Shown here: positions 1 to 12,166 of the stretch, piece by piece
How positions within the stretch are numbered: position 1 is the stretch's first letter
How the letters are laid out: each line of letters starts with the position of its first letter
NCBI RefSeq assembly: GCF_006345805.1
Contig: NC_042998.1
Span: 9,982,001 to 10,046,000 of the forward strand
Direction: 5' to 3'
From: Octopus sinensis
Lineage: Eukaryota
Length of the DNA stretch: 64,000 nt
Position numbers and translations under genes: made by a program
Notes under the pieces: generated by a model
Told to the model about the DNA's origin: nothing
What the model saw: the letters and a program-made list of their open reading frames with translations, nothing else
Database searches by the model: none

Positions 1-135
1 GTAGCTGAGTGGACTGGAGCAACGTGAAATGAAGTGTTTTGCTCAAGAACTCAACGCATCGCCCAATCCAGGAATCGAAACCACAACCTTACGATCATGA
101 ATTCAACACCCTAATCACTAAGCCACGTGCCCCCC
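1..135 (-). mobile_element. tRNA-derived SINE, family D (partial, cut by window edge)
   Basis: Reverse complement of the family D head/central domain (GTGGCTTAGTGATTAGGG...GGTTTCGATTCC...CTTGAGCAAAACACTTCATTTCACGTTGCTCCAGTCCACTCAGC), matching 52179-52425. Confidence 0.8.
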
Positions 136-371
136 ACACCATATATGATACATATTCCAAATTTTTCCAACCACCTGAGTAAGTTCGGACTTAGAAAACT
201 TGTGAAACTGACTAAAATTTTAAAATAAATGCAGGCGTTTAGAAGAAAATTATGAAAATGCTTCAGAGTGGCAAAGGGTAAAAAATTCATGTTCAGGCTT
301 AAGTACAATGAGCTACCTCTGGTGTGTGTATATGTGTGTGCGCGCATGCCTGCGCGTTTATATATCTTTTA

Positions 372-770
372 TCTTTTACTTGTTTTAGCCATCAGACTGC
401 GGCCATGCTGGGGCACTGCTTTGAAGGATTTAGTCGAACAAATCGACCCTGGTAGGTACATTCTTTTAAAATTCTAGTACTTATTCTACCAGCTATTTTG
501 CCGAACCGCTAAGTTACGGAGACGTAAACAAACCAACAGAGGTAGTCAAGTGGTGGGTGGAAGGACAAATACAGACACAGAAACACACACACACACACAC
601 ATATACATTATACAACGGGCTTCTTTCAGTTTCCATCTACCAAATCCACTCATAAGGCTTTGGTCGGCTCGGGGCTATGGTAAGAGGCACTTGCCCAAAG
701 TGCCACGCAGTGGGACTGAACCTGGAACCATGCGGTTGGTAAGCAAACTTCTTACAGCACAGCCATCTTT
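372..770 (-). mobile_element. tRNA-derived SINE, family A
   Basis: Matches the family A consensus seen many times in the window: tRNA-like head with A/B boxes, internal (TA/CA)n, 3' tail AAACAAGTAAAAGA. Confidence 0.85.
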
Positions 771-884
771 GCATGTGTGTAGTGTGTGTGTGTGTGTGTG
801 TTTTCGGAGGTGTGCTTGCCAAGCAAATGATTTGATCTGAGACCGTGTGTTGATACTAAAACTTTTACAACCTGAAAGATATAT

Positions 885-1490
885 ATATTAACCATTCAAA
901 GATACACAAATAAGTTGCTAACTTCACTTAAAAAGTTTTTATTTGGTGTCTAAATTTTCGTCATACCAACTGCAACTTGGTCACTGACGCAATTCCACTG
1001 CGCTTTGTTTGTGGAGAGGTTGTTAGTCGCCATATATAAGTAGCACCAAGGCGGCGAGGTGGCAGAAACGTTAGCACGCCGGGCGAAATGCGTAGCCGTA
1101 TTTCATCTGTCGTTACGTTCTGAGTTCAAATTCCGCCTAGGTCGACTCTGCCTTTCATCCTTTCGGAGTCGATAAATTAAGTACCAGTTACGCACTGTGG
1201 TCGATGTAATCGACTTAATCCCTTTGTCTGTCCTTGTTTGTCCCTTCTATGTTTAGCCCCTTGTGGGCAATAAAGAAATAATATATAAGTAGCACGACTG
1301 ACTTATTATATATGAAAAAAAATTATAACTCTGAAACCTATATAATTTGCCAATCAGCATCGTCGCCTCAAACCAGATGTAGTGAAACTGCGTCAGTGAT
1401 CAGGTTGCAGTTACTGCGAGGAAAATTTTGACGCAAAATAATACATGTCTAAGCGAAGTTAACAGTGTTTGTGAATTTTTGAATGGCTAT
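885..1490. mobile_element. Old MITE with long degenerate terminal inverted repeats, interrupted by a SINE
   Basis: About 885-1010 is an imperfect reverse complement of about 1370-1490. A second copy occurs at about 5590-6140. Confidence 0.5.
1047..1280 (+). mobile_element. tRNA-derived SINE, family B, with 15-bp TSD
   Basis: Runs GGCGGCGAGGTGGCAGAA...GCCCCTTGTGGGCAATAAAGAAATA. Perfect TSD ATATATAAGTAGCAC at 1032-1046 and 1281-1295. Confidence 0.92.
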
Positions 1491-1541
1491 GTTTTTTACG
1501 CTGTGACTGTTACGCGCACACACATACTTATATGTATATTA

Positions 1542-1602
<61 letters not shown>

Positions 1603-2214
1603 CGAGTATTAAAACATGTAGGTCTGACATTCAAGTAGTATCTAGCATAGCATGCTGGTGCCGCCATCAGAAGCGAATATTTAACTGAATGTGAGAGAAA
1701 ACAACATTTTTTCACATTTACGGGAATTGATAAGGTGAAACGAAACAGATAGAGTTGTAAAATTCTTTAGAAAGAGAACTCAGATTTCAAAGTTAGTCAT
1801 TAAAAATACCAGGGATAACTTGAAAAATGAGTATTATACATAAATGCCGAAAAAGAAACAAAAATACTGCGCATGGAAATAAGGAAATACTTGTAGTGTA
1901 AAGGCATTTCTTAGAGAAACTCAAGGGCAGTAGACAAAACATATAATATAAGCTGTCCTTGAGTATTGATGCTTGAAAATATTCGGTTATCTTTTGAAAC
2001 GTTGTACATGTAATATGGCAGACGAAGTGAATTAAATCTCTCCGATTGAAAACGGAAGGCAAGCAAATGACGGTTAATAATCGTCGAGAATCGGCAACGA
2101 TAATAAAGACACACATCGCATGATGAGGGTGAGTGATTTAATTTTAATGATTTAGTTTTTTGAAATTACTGAACTGAATGTATCCACGGCAGAAGATAGG
2201 AAGGAAAATATATA

Positions 2215-2447
2215 TATTTCTTTATTGCCCACAAGGGGCTAAACATAGAGAGGACAAACAAGGACAGACAAAGGGATTAAGTCGATTACATCGACCCCAG
2301 TGCGAAACTGGTACTTTTATTTATCGACCCCGAAAGGATGAAAGGCAAAGTCGACCTCGGCGGAATTTGAACTCAGAACGTAACGACAGACGAAATACCG
2401 CTAAGCATTCCGCCCGGCGCGCTAACGTGTCTGCCAGCTCGCCGCCT
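2215..2447 (-). mobile_element. SINE family B with 18-bp TSD
   Basis: TSD TAGGAAGGAAAATATATA at 2197-2214 and 2448-2465. Confidence 0.92.
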
Positions 2448-2514
2448 TAGGAAGGAAAATATATAACTAATATCGCGCACACACACAGAGACACATAGAC
2501 ACGCACACAACTGT

Positions 2515-2640
2515 ACGAGGAGCGGGGCCGAAAAGTTCCTGGCTCTGAGTAAAAGAAAATACAGGATGATTAATTAATCATGATTTTATGGAACATATTT
2601 CCCTCCCAGATTCACACACTTATTTGAGCGGTTCTCTTAG
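2515..2640 (-). mobile_element. Mariner-derived MITE fragment
   Basis: TA-CGAGG...GAAAAGTTCCTGGC terminus; reverse complement of the 3' half of 32023-32241. Confidence 0.6.
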
Positions 2641-3399
2641 CTTAAAAGAGAAACTCAGAATCTAGCGACACACACGTATATATTATTGGCTGGAACAGTC
2701 TATTATACCAACCCTGTATTTGACTTGAACTTATTTTCTCGATCCCGGAAAGAGGAAAGGTAAAATTGACTTCGGCGGGATTTGAGCTCAGAACGCAAAG
2801 AGCGGGAACAAAAGGAAAACACCACACACACACACACGGCATTTTCTTGGACGTTCTAACAATTCTGCCAATGCGTAATTATTAACTTCTAGACAAGATT
2901 AGAAAATCCACTGACGGATGGTCGTAGATGATTTAACTCTTAGTATGTAATTGGAACTTTATTTATTAGCCCCGGATGAAAGAAAGAAAATTTTAATCCC
3001 AGCAGAATTCAAATTCAGAACGTAAAAGAAGTAACTAGATCCTGCAAGTTATTTTGATCGTTGCTCTACCGACTTTGCAGACCACAACTTTAACGGTATC
3101 AAATGCAGTTGTCCCTCGGCTTCCTTGTTACATTTTCACCGTTTTGGTTTTAGTGGAGCTTTTTTTCCTTTTTATTTACGACCAATTAATGGGTCAAATA
3201 TCATTAAAAATATACGTAATTTCAAATATATTCATCTCTGAAATATACTGAAAACAGTTCACGGATTTTGTTTGGCAAGAGACTAGACATAACAATTTCA
3301 ATTGTTTTCATTACGTCTTATTAACCTCACAGATTGTGTGACCCTAATGTTATGAGTGTATCCATTATATATATATGTGTGTGTGTGTGTCTGTGTGTG

Positions 3400-3590
3400 T
3401 TAGAAATTGAGGAAAAAAAGAAGACAACACGAGAGGGACAAATTTTATCAAATGTTTTAGTTTAACACTGAAAAAAAATCGAAAAGCTCTTGACATTTCG
3501 GACGCTAGTTCTTCGTCAGAAAAAAAAAAAAGAATAAGAAAAGGTGGAGGGGAAAATATAAAGAATGAGAAAAGGTGGTCGGCAAAAAGC
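3400..3590 (-). mobile_element. Short Penelope-like 3' end/pLTR element with a minimal hammerhead motif
   Basis: Minus strand CTGACGA-A-GAAC-TAGC-GTCC-GAAA-TG-TC-AAGA (3491-3519), ending about 100 nt later in the (CA)/(TA) tract at 3366-3400. Confidence 0.55.
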
Positions 3591-3831
3591 TTAGTGGCTA
3601 GGTGAGAATGCGGTTCAATAGGAGTCGGAATTTAGAAAGGAGAAAGAGGCGGTGTGGTGCGCGCATGTATTCACACAGGCGTGTGATAATCATATTTATT
3701 ACCCCCATTTCAATAAATAATTGTTTGAATTTTCTTTGTAATTTTTCGTAATTCTTAATAACCTTTAAAATTTTATCTACCTTCGATTTACACGATTTCG
3801 GCATACCTGCGAACTCACGGAACCAATTTAC

Positions 3832-3984
3832 CGCTTAAACCGAAGAACAACAGTATTACTACCAATAAATGGCGATAAGGAACATGAACCAAAAGATAAG
3901 CTGAGACCATTTCAGTGGCTTTTCGAAGTTTATATCTACTCCGAGGAAAGGCTTAGGTGCCACAACTTCACATCTCAACCTTCC
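3832..3984 (-). CDS. Candidate exon, possibly encoding a signal-peptide-like start MVSAYLLVHVPYRHLLVVILLFFGLS (ATG at 3910, phase-1 donor)
   Basis: Pyrimidine tract + CAG acceptor at 3985, in-frame stop upstream of the ATG, donor G|GTAAAT. No homology evidence. Confidence 0.25.
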
Positions 3985-4204
3985 CTGTCCGTGTGTAAAC
4001 CCAAAAGAAGAATCAACAAAAATGTTCAAAACCTAACACGTTTCCTCTTTGATTAATTATGCTAAATGGATATGGGTGGATAAATACGAAACAAAAGTTG
4101 ATCAGAAATCTTAATTCTTGGTCTCACGTTTTTTTTTTCTTCTTTTTTAATGATTCAGTATTTATATTTCGTCGGTGTACTTTCCAGGCAAGTGACTCGA
4201 TTTG

Positions 4205-4438
4205 ATACCTATTTCTTTACTACCCACAAGGGGCTAAAGACAGAGAGGACAAACAAGGACAGACAAACGGATTAAGTCGATTATATCGACCCCAGTGAGA
4301 AACTGGTACTTATTTAATCGACCCCGAAAGGATGAAAGGCAAAGTCGACCTCGCGGAATTTGAACTCAGAACGTGGCGGCAGACAAAATACCGCTAAACA
4401 TTGCGCCCGGCGTGCTAACGTTTCTGCCAGCTCGCCGC
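4205..4438 (-). mobile_element. SINE family B
   Basis: Full-length reverse-complement match to the family B copies. Confidence 0.9.
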
Positions 4439-4505
4439 TTTTTGATACCGTGTGACGAAAGTTAAACATGCGTGGGTGTTTGGTAAGAAGCTTACCAAAC
4501 ACCCA

Positions 4506-4915
4506 GGCGAGCTGGCAAAAACGTTAGGACGCCGGGCGAAATGCGTAGCCGTATTTCGTCTCCCGTTACGTTCTGAGTTCAAATTCCGCCGAGGTTGACT
4601 TTGCCTTTCATCCTTTCGGGGTCGATAAATTAAGTACCAGTTACGCACTGGGGTCGATATAATCGACTTAATTCGTTTATCTGTCCTTGTTTGTCCATTC
4701 TGTGTTTAGGCCATTGTGGGTAGTAAAGAAATAGGTATTTCGTCTGCCGTTATGTTCTGAGTTCAAATTCCGCCGAGGTCAACTTTACCTTTCATTCTTT
4801 CAGGGTTGATAAATTAAGTACCAGTTACGCACTGGGGACGATGTAATCGACTTAATCCCTTTGTCTGTTCTTGTTTGTCCCCTCTGTGTTTAGTCCCTTG
4901 TGGGCAATAAAGAAA
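4506..4915 (+). mobile_element. SINE family B dimer inserted into the head of a family A SINE
   Basis: Head plus two bodies joined at AAGAAATAG|GTATTTCGTCTG (about 4730-4745). TSD TAAGAAGCTT at 4484-4493 and 4916-4925. Confidence 0.88.
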
Positions 4916-5041
4916 TAAGAAGCTTGCTTCACAACCGCAAGCTTCCGGGTGACACCTTGAGAAAGTCTCTTATACTACAGACTCAAGTCGACCAAAGCCT
5001 TGTGAGTGGATTTGGTAGACAGAAACTGAAAGACGACCGTC

Positions 5042-5086
<45 letters not shown>

Positions 5087-5290
5087 GTCAATCCAAACAT
5101 GAACAAGCAAGAAAAAACAACAACGCGAGGACGGGGAATAAGTACAGTGGACGCTCAAGAAAGGAAAGAAAAGAAATAGGATTTAACGTTTCGAGCAGAG
5201 CTCTTCGTCGGAAATATAGAAAAAGACCAAAGAAGGGAAGACGGAGAAAGAAAATCGCCAACGATACACACGTGGTCACACACGCACACG

Positions 5291-5352
<62 letters not shown>

Positions 5353-5575
5353 CAAATGCGTGTATGTGTGTGTGTTTGTTTGTCCTCCCACAACCGCTTG
5401 ACAACCGGTGTTGGTGTGTTTGTGTCCCCGAAACTTAGGGGTTCGACTAAGAAGAAATACCAGGCTTGAAAAAAAAAAAGAAGCACTAGGGTCGATTCAT
5501 TCGATTAACAATTCTTCAAGGTGGTATCCCAGCATGGCCGCAGTCTAATGACTAGAACAAGTAAAAGATATAAGA
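4916..5575 (+). mobile_element. SINE family A remainder, whose internal microsatellite hosts an HHR element
   Basis: Family A sequence at 4916-5043 and about 5350-5575, with a foreign segment at 5083-5275. Confidence 0.8.
5083..5275 (-). mobile_element. Short HHR-bearing element (family H1) in a microsatellite
   Basis: Minus strand ATTT-CCGACGA-A-GAGC-TCT-GCTC-GAAA-CG-TT-AAAT (about 5181-5215). Homologous to 42955-43140 and 46497-46692. Confidence 0.7.
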
Positions 5576-5589
5576 TATAAGAATCACAG

Positions 5590-5859
5590 CGAAAGACCAT
5601 TCAAAAACACAGAAAAACTGTTAGCGTCACATAAACCTTATTTGGTGTTAACATTTTCGTGAAACTGCGACAGTGAACAAGTCGTAGTTACTCTTTTACT
5701 TGTTTCAGTCATTTGACTGTGGCCATGCTGGAGCACCGCCTTTAGTCGACCAAATCGACCCCAGGACTTATTCTTTGTAAGCCTAGTACTTATTTCATCG
5801 GTCTCCTTTGCCGAACCGCTAAGTTACGGGGACGTAAACACACCACCATCGGACACACA

Positions 5860-5896
<37 letters not shown>

Positions 5897-6140
5897 CGGG
5901 CTTCTTTCACAGTATAGTAGAAGAGCCCGAGCCTATAGTGGAAGACACTTGCTCGAGGCTATAGTGGAAGACACTTACCCACGCAGTGGGACTGAACCCG
6001 GAACCATGTGGTTCGTAAGCAAGCTACTTACCACACAGCCACTCCTACGCCTATTGATGCAACGAAAATGTTGACATCAAATATCAAATGTTTAAGTAAA
6101 GTTAACAATCTTTGTGTGTTTTTGAATGGCTGATATGTTT
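5590..6140. mobile_element. Second copy of the long-TIR MITE, interrupted by a family A SINE (5688-6053, minus)
   Basis: Shares CCATTCAAA...TATTTGGTGT..ATTTTCGT (left) and GTTAACA...TTTTTGAATGGCT (right) with 885-1490. Confidence 0.5.
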
Positions 6141-6965
6141 TCTTCCACGCTGCAATCGTTCTGTCTTTACCGTTGTATTTGTTTGTTTGGTTTGACAAGT
6201 GACTTCATATCCACCTCCCATCTTGTATCATCGTCAAGTGGAATACATCAGATGTCAAGGAACAAAACCCGTTCCATTCAGAACTGAAGAACTGGTTTCT
6301 CTATTAGAAACCAAATCAAATATTATTTATTTATTAATTTTTATTTATTCAAGAAACTTTCATTCTCAAATTTAACTAAATTTCAAACCACCACCACGAC
6401 CGCAACCACCACCGCCACCGCTGATGATGATGAAAATGATGATGTCAATGATGATGATGATGCTACTGCTGCAGCCAGTACTATAGCAAAGATGGCGACC
6501 GACAATAACAACATCAGCATCTTATTTTACATCTGATCTTCCTGATATTCGGAAGTGCTTGAAAAGCAACACCGCCTCCGAGCTATTTTTATTGAAAATG
6601 GTTTCTGCCGTTACGGCATCATAGTCGTTATTTGTCTGTCAATAGTGCAATCTTTTAACCAAACCCGTTTAATATTACACCACGGTCTTTTTTTCCCCAA
6701 GAGCCATGAGAGCCACGGTGTTTATCAGTTCTCACAGACGACTGGCGCTCGATTCCATACGTAACACACTCCGCTCTTTTTCAGAGTCGTTTCTTTTTCT
6801 TCCTTCCTTTCTTCCTTCCTTCCTTCCTCACTTCTTCTCTTTCTTCATTCTTTTGCTTTCGTTCTTTCCTTCTATTTTTATTTTTACTTAGTAAAATACA
6901 ACAAAAAAAAAAATCTTTCCAAAAACAACTACAAATAACAAGGAGTAAAACAGAAAGTGGAATGC

Positions 6966-6968
6966 ATT

Positions 6969-6999
<31 letters not shown>

Positions 7000-7226
7000 T
7001 AATATTAATAATAATTATAATAATAATGATGATGATGGTGATGATGATGATAATAATCTTTGTAATATATTCGCATGTGTTATGTCTGCTCTACAAGTGT
7101 CTTCAGATATGTTTAACTATCAATTAGGTGCGGAGAGAGTGGGCGGGAAGAAGAAAAATATTTTGATGTAACATTTGAATAATCAAGACGATTACGACGA
7201 CGACGACGACGGCGGCGATAATAATG

Positions 7227-7291
<65 letters not shown>

Positions 7292-7369
7292 AATGATGAT
7301 AATAATAACAATAATAATAATAACAATAATGATAATAATAATAATAATAATAACAATAATAATAATAAC

Positions 7370-7401
<32 letters not shown>

Positions 7402-7426
7402 TAATAATAACAATAATAATAATAAC

Positions 7427-7500
<74 letters not shown>

Positions 7501-7503
7501 GTG
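6966..7503. repeat. Compound (AAT)n/(GAT)n/(GAC)n microsatellite
   Basis: Directly visible; source of the poly-N/I/D/Y ORFs in the track. Confidence 0.97.
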
Positions 7504-8147
7504 GAGATCATATAAAGGAATCGGTGTTGAATCGCGAAATTTATGTTTATTTATTTATATCTTTTTTTTTTTTTTTTTTCCAAATTTAATTCTGTTTTTC
7601 TGTCCTGTGAGAAAGTATTTATTGTGTGAAGTAGTTTGGACGCAGATGTAGGTTCGTAATTTCCCGCTGTTTTTCTGAAAATAATCCGTTATTAACAAAA
7701 TGATGTTGAAATAGATTCCTTAAACCTCATAAAACGAAGGCGGTGTTGGTGGGGGTGGGGGGTTAACAGGTTCTCTTATAGAACCGTCGAAATTTTACCG
7801 TTTCTTTCTTTCTTTCTTTCTTTTTTTTTTGGGGTTTTTTCAAAAAGAAAATAAGGCGGAGAGCTAGAAGAATCTTTCGCACGCCGGTCAAAATGCTTAG
7901 CGTCATTTCTTCCGGCGCTTTACGTTCGGAGTTCAAATTCCGCCGAAGTCAGCTTTGCTTTTCATCTTTTCGGGAACGCTAAAATAGAGTACCAGTGAAC
8001 TACTAGGGTCGACGTAATCGACTTAAATGCACCTCTCAAAATTGCTGATCTTACGCCTAGAGTGGAAAGAGTTTTTTTTGTTTTTTCCTTACAAAACGGG
8101 AAACGACTTCTGAACAGTATAAAAACTGCCCAGTATTATATTACGCT

Positions 8148-8563
8148 TTTACTCTTTTACTTGTTTCAGTTATTTGACTGCGGCCATGCTGCAGCACTGC
8201 CTTTAGTCGAGCAAATCCACCCCAGGACTTATTCTTTGTAAGCTTAGTACTTATTCTATCGTTCTCTTTTGCCGAACCGCTAAGTTACGGGGACGTAAAC
8301 ACACCAGCATCGGTTGTCAAGCGATGTTGGGGGGGACAAACACAGACAAAAGCATATACATACACATACATACATATTATAATATATATATACATATATA
8401 CGACGGGCTTCTTTCAGTTTCCGTCTACCAAATCCACCCACAAGGCTTTGGTCGGCCCGAGGCTATAGTAGAAGACACTTGCCCAAGGTGCCACGCAGTG
8501 GGACTGAACCCGGAACCATGTGGTTCGTAAGCAAGCTACTTACCACACAGCCACTCCTGCGCC
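8148..8563 (-). mobile_element. SINE family A
   Basis: Full-length reverse-complement copy, from GGCGCAGGAGTGGCTGTGTGG head to AAAAGAGTAAAAG tail. Confidence 0.9.
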
Positions 8564-8702
8564 TATCAATTTATACTATATTATATCAATCGTTAGCACG
8601 CAGGGCGAAATGCTTAGAGGTATTTCGTCTGCCGCTGCGTTCTGAGTTCAAATTCTATCGAGGTTAAATTTGACGTTCATTCTCCTGGAGTCGATATATA
8701 TC

Positions 8703-8743
<41 letters not shown>

Positions 8744-9080
8744 CACATATGTTGTAAAGTTCAAGAAGGGAACTGATGGTATTACGTATTTACTTCTCAG
8801 TTACGATCGTTTCAATAATATATAGTTCAGATACATCATGAACATACATGTGTGCATGATTGATTGATTGATTCTAGTTTCAGCTCATGAGCTGTGGCCA
8901 TGCTGGGGCACCGCCATTGTATAGCATGCATGTGTATAGCATCAACAAAAAAGCAAATGTGTGACCTTATACAATGGCAAAAATGAATTTACTCGGAAAG
9001 GTACATCACACAATCTCATTGCACCTTAATCATTACATGTCTAGTCTCTTATATGAAAGCGAGGAATCATTGTTGATTTC

Positions 9081-9097
9081 CTACAAATGCGGCGGAT
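9081..9097 (-). CDS. Candidate terminal coding exon (..NPPHL*) of an uncharacterised gene
   Basis: Strong acceptor TATTTTTTCCTCCAG after a 63-nt GT-AG intron (9098-9160). In the phase-1 reading it stops at TAG 9083-9081. Confidence 0.35.
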
Positions 9098-9160
9098 CTG
9101 GAGGAAAAAATATAAAATGCAAAAAAGGAAAACGGTAGAAATACAAAATTTATAACTTAC

Positions 9161-9230
9161 TGTTTTCTTCTGATGAAGCAGAACTTTTGTCTTGATTATT
9201 TGATGGTGATATTGGTCGCATGGTCTCCAG
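9161..9230 (-). CDS. Candidate internal exon, 70 nt (LETMRPISPSNNQDKSSASSEEN, phase 0 to 1)
   Basis: Acceptor CCTTTTTGCTTTCGATTCCAG, donor ACA|GTAAGT, open frame. Confidence 0.5.
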
Positions 9231-9589
9231 CTGGAATCGAAAGCAAAAAGGATAATTGTTTGTGTGTAGAGAAAATGCAAAAAAATTCCAATATATATGT
9301 AGCACAAGTATGACTCTGTGGCTAAGAAGCTCGTTTTTTAATCACATGGTTTTGGTTACAGTTCCACCTAGGGCACGTGTCTATTACTATAGCACCGGAC
9401 CGACCAATACCTTGTGAGCGAATTTGAAAGGCGGAAGCTGTGTGGAAATTCTTGTCTTTGTGTCTGTCTTTGTCTTTCCATCGCTTGGCAAGTGGTGTTG
9501 GTTTGTTTACGCACCCGTAACATAGAAATTTGGCAAAAGAGATTGATAGAATACGTGCAAGACTTTAAAAAGTTAAATTAGGTGCCTCA

Positions 9590-9930
9590 GTTCCGGGTTC
9601 AATCGCACTGCGTGGCACCTTGGGCAAGTGTCTTCAACTCCAACCTCGGGCTGACCAAAGCCTTGTGAGTGGATTTAGTAGGCAGAAACTGAAAGAAGTC
9701 CGTCGTATATATATGTGTGTGTGTGTGTTTGTGTGTCTGTGTTTGTCCCCCCCACCATCGCTTGACAACCGATGTTGGTGTGTTCACATCCCCGGTTCGG
9801 CAAAAGAGACCTATAGAACAAGTACTAGGCTTACAAAGAATAAGTACTGGGGTCGATTTGCTCGACTAAAAGAGGCGGTCCTCCAGCATGGCCGCAGTTA
9901 AATGACTAAAACAAATAAAAGAATAAAAGA
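9590..9930 (+). mobile_element. SINE family A (5'-truncated)
   Basis: Match to the family A body and tail. Confidence 0.85.
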
Positions 9931-10452
9931 ATATATTTATGTCTGTCAAAATTAACGTCTCCCCTACTACACTTTAATAAGTATTTCGAAAGGGTTCACT
10001 TGCAATAGGAAATAAAAACTAAAAGCAACAAAACAAAAAAAGCTGTCTACACAAGCCACTCTCTAAGTGGCATACTCTACATCCGTCTTGAACAAGGGAC
10101 CGTCTGATTGACACGACTAATGGAAAATTGCTCTGAATCTTTTTAGCAATGTGGCTGGTTCGTCTGATAGTGAGTGAGCCATGTGTCATTCGACCCGCTC
10201 CTCGCAAAAAGGTATCCATGCCTGCTCTAAGTGATCGCTTGATGTGCTAGAAATAGTAGTGAAATTTCCTAATGTCTTCAAAGGACACCTACCCTTAAAA
10301 TGTAATTGAGGAACAATGAATTGAATAACGTAGTCTCTTAGATATACTATGAAGGAGAAATAGGGAAAAAAAGAAGAAAAACCAAAAATTGATGACAGAA
10401 TTTATCTGGAAGGTCTTCGGTCAGTGATCTGCTGAATCAGGGTCGGATGCTA

Positions 10453-10761
10453 AACAGCAACAACAGCAACAACGACGACACCACCACCACCACTACCACC
10501 ACCACTACTACCACCACTACTACCATCACCACTACTACCACCACCACCACTACTACCACAACCACCACCATCACCACCGCCACCATCACCACCACCACCA
10601 CCACCACCATCACCACCACCACCACCACCACCACTACCACCACCACCACCACCACCACCACTACTACTACCACCACCACCACCACCACCACCACTACTAC
10701 CACCACCACCACAACCACCACCATCACCACCACCACCATCACCACCACCACCACCACCACC

Positions 10762-10793
<32 letters not shown>

Positions 10794-10797
10794 CAAC
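10453..10797. repeat. (ACC/ACT/AAC)n trinucleotide tract
   Basis: Directly visible; source of the poly-T/V/W ORFs. Confidence 0.97.
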
Positions 10798-11014
10798 TCG
10801 AATCTAACTTTTCTGTCACTCTGTTTCGCTGATAATGTCTTCTGGCGAAGAGGTGAGGAATTCGCGAAGTAACAACAGATTCCGGGAATAATTTACTAAA
10901 GGATAACCTACTTCGTGTGAATATACCCGATAGCTGCGTAAGAGGGTATAGAGGGTATTTTATAAGGATGAGAAAAGAGCGACTTCTGAGAATCAGAACC
11001 ACAAGAAAATAGAC

Positions 11015-11445
11015 ATAGAAATAAGCGCAAGTGTGGTTGTATGGAGTAAGTGTAACTGTATGGCGGGAAGTTTGCTCCCCAATCTCATGGTTCTAAGATC
11101 AAACCCATTGCACAGCACCTTGGGTATGTGTCTTCTACTATAGCCCCAGACCAACTAAAGCCTTGTGAGTGGATCTGGTAGATGGAAACTGATTTGGTAG
11201 ATGGAAAAGAAGTTTATTGTATACGGGTGTGCGTTTATGTCCGTGCTCGACCACCGCTTGATAACCAGTGTCGGTTTGTTTACGTCCCCGTAACTCAGCG
11301 GTTCGACAACAAGGCACCGACAGATTAAGTACCAGACTTTTAAAAATGTACTGGGGGCGATTTGTCCAACTAAACCTTTTCAAGGCGGTGCTCCAGCATG
11401 GCCGCAGTCAAATGACTGAAACAAGTAAAAGATAAAAGATAAGGC
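11015..11445 (+). mobile_element. SINE family A (older copy)
   Basis: Diverged head, body and AAAAGAT tail. Confidence 0.8.
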
Positions 11446-11948
11446 ATTTTATTACAAGAAAGAACAAAATCACAACCAGGCGAGCCATTCAGGAAACCTC
11501 TACCTGCTGGAAATAGCAGCTTAATCTCCCTTAAATGACTTCTAGCATTTCTGTCTTGGACAAAAGTCAGAACACAGATAGTGTAGTGCTAGATATTCTA
11601 CATCATTAAAGGTGGCGGGATAGTCATTGTTGGAAAGCCTCCGATCATGGGTCCACTGGATCAGGACTAACTTGGGGCTGCAGGTCAGTCTTGGTCGAAC
11701 AGACCTATGATCAAAGTTATTCCAGCCGTGGCCATTTCATCGTGAGTATTAGTATCTTCTTGTCCTAACGTTGCGCGATAGTTGTAAGCGAGTATAACTA
11801 TCGTACAGACAACGCCATTCGTTTCCAGTCTTCCGCGAAAAAACATTGTCCAGCCACGAGGAAATATTAGCTTCCGAGGAAAGTCGGGAATAGGTGAGGG
11901 TTGGTGATAGGAAGAATAACCAGTCGTAGAAATCTACCTTCAACTAAT

Positions 11949-12166
11949 TATTATAGCTGGTAACTAAGAAGGCGAACTAGCAGAATTGTTATCACGCCGG
12001 GTAAAATGCTTAGCGTTATTCTTTACGTTCTGAGTTCAAATTCTGCCGGGGACGACTTTACCTTTTTATTCTTTCGGGGTCGAAAAAATAAGTACCAGTT
12101 GGGTATTGGTGATTGGTGTAATGGACTTACCTACTCCCCAGGAATTATTGGACCTTGTGCCAAAAT
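11949..12166 (+). mobile_element. Old family-B-related SINE plus flank, duplicated at 15268-15484
   Basis: The two copies share private variants and the same 5' flank. Confidence 0.75.

Noticed and set aside
8795-8830. Further weak HHR-like remnants (8800-, 19583+, 47159+, 54494+, 60368+)
   Set aside because: They keep GAAAC plus a palindromic stem III, but cores or stems are too decayed to call individually.
9170-9200. CTGATGA core-like heptamer (also CTGACGA on minus at about 53790)
   Set aside because: No correctly placed stem II and GAAA follows; the 9170 site lies in a candidate exon on the other strand.
6962-10872. Long ORFs with poly-N/I/D/Y/T/V/W runs
   Set aside because: They are translations of trinucleotide microsatellites.
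10912-10933. 22-nt minus-strand micro-exon candidate
   Set aside because: Good splice motifs, but inclusion shifts the model frame to an early stop; no further support.
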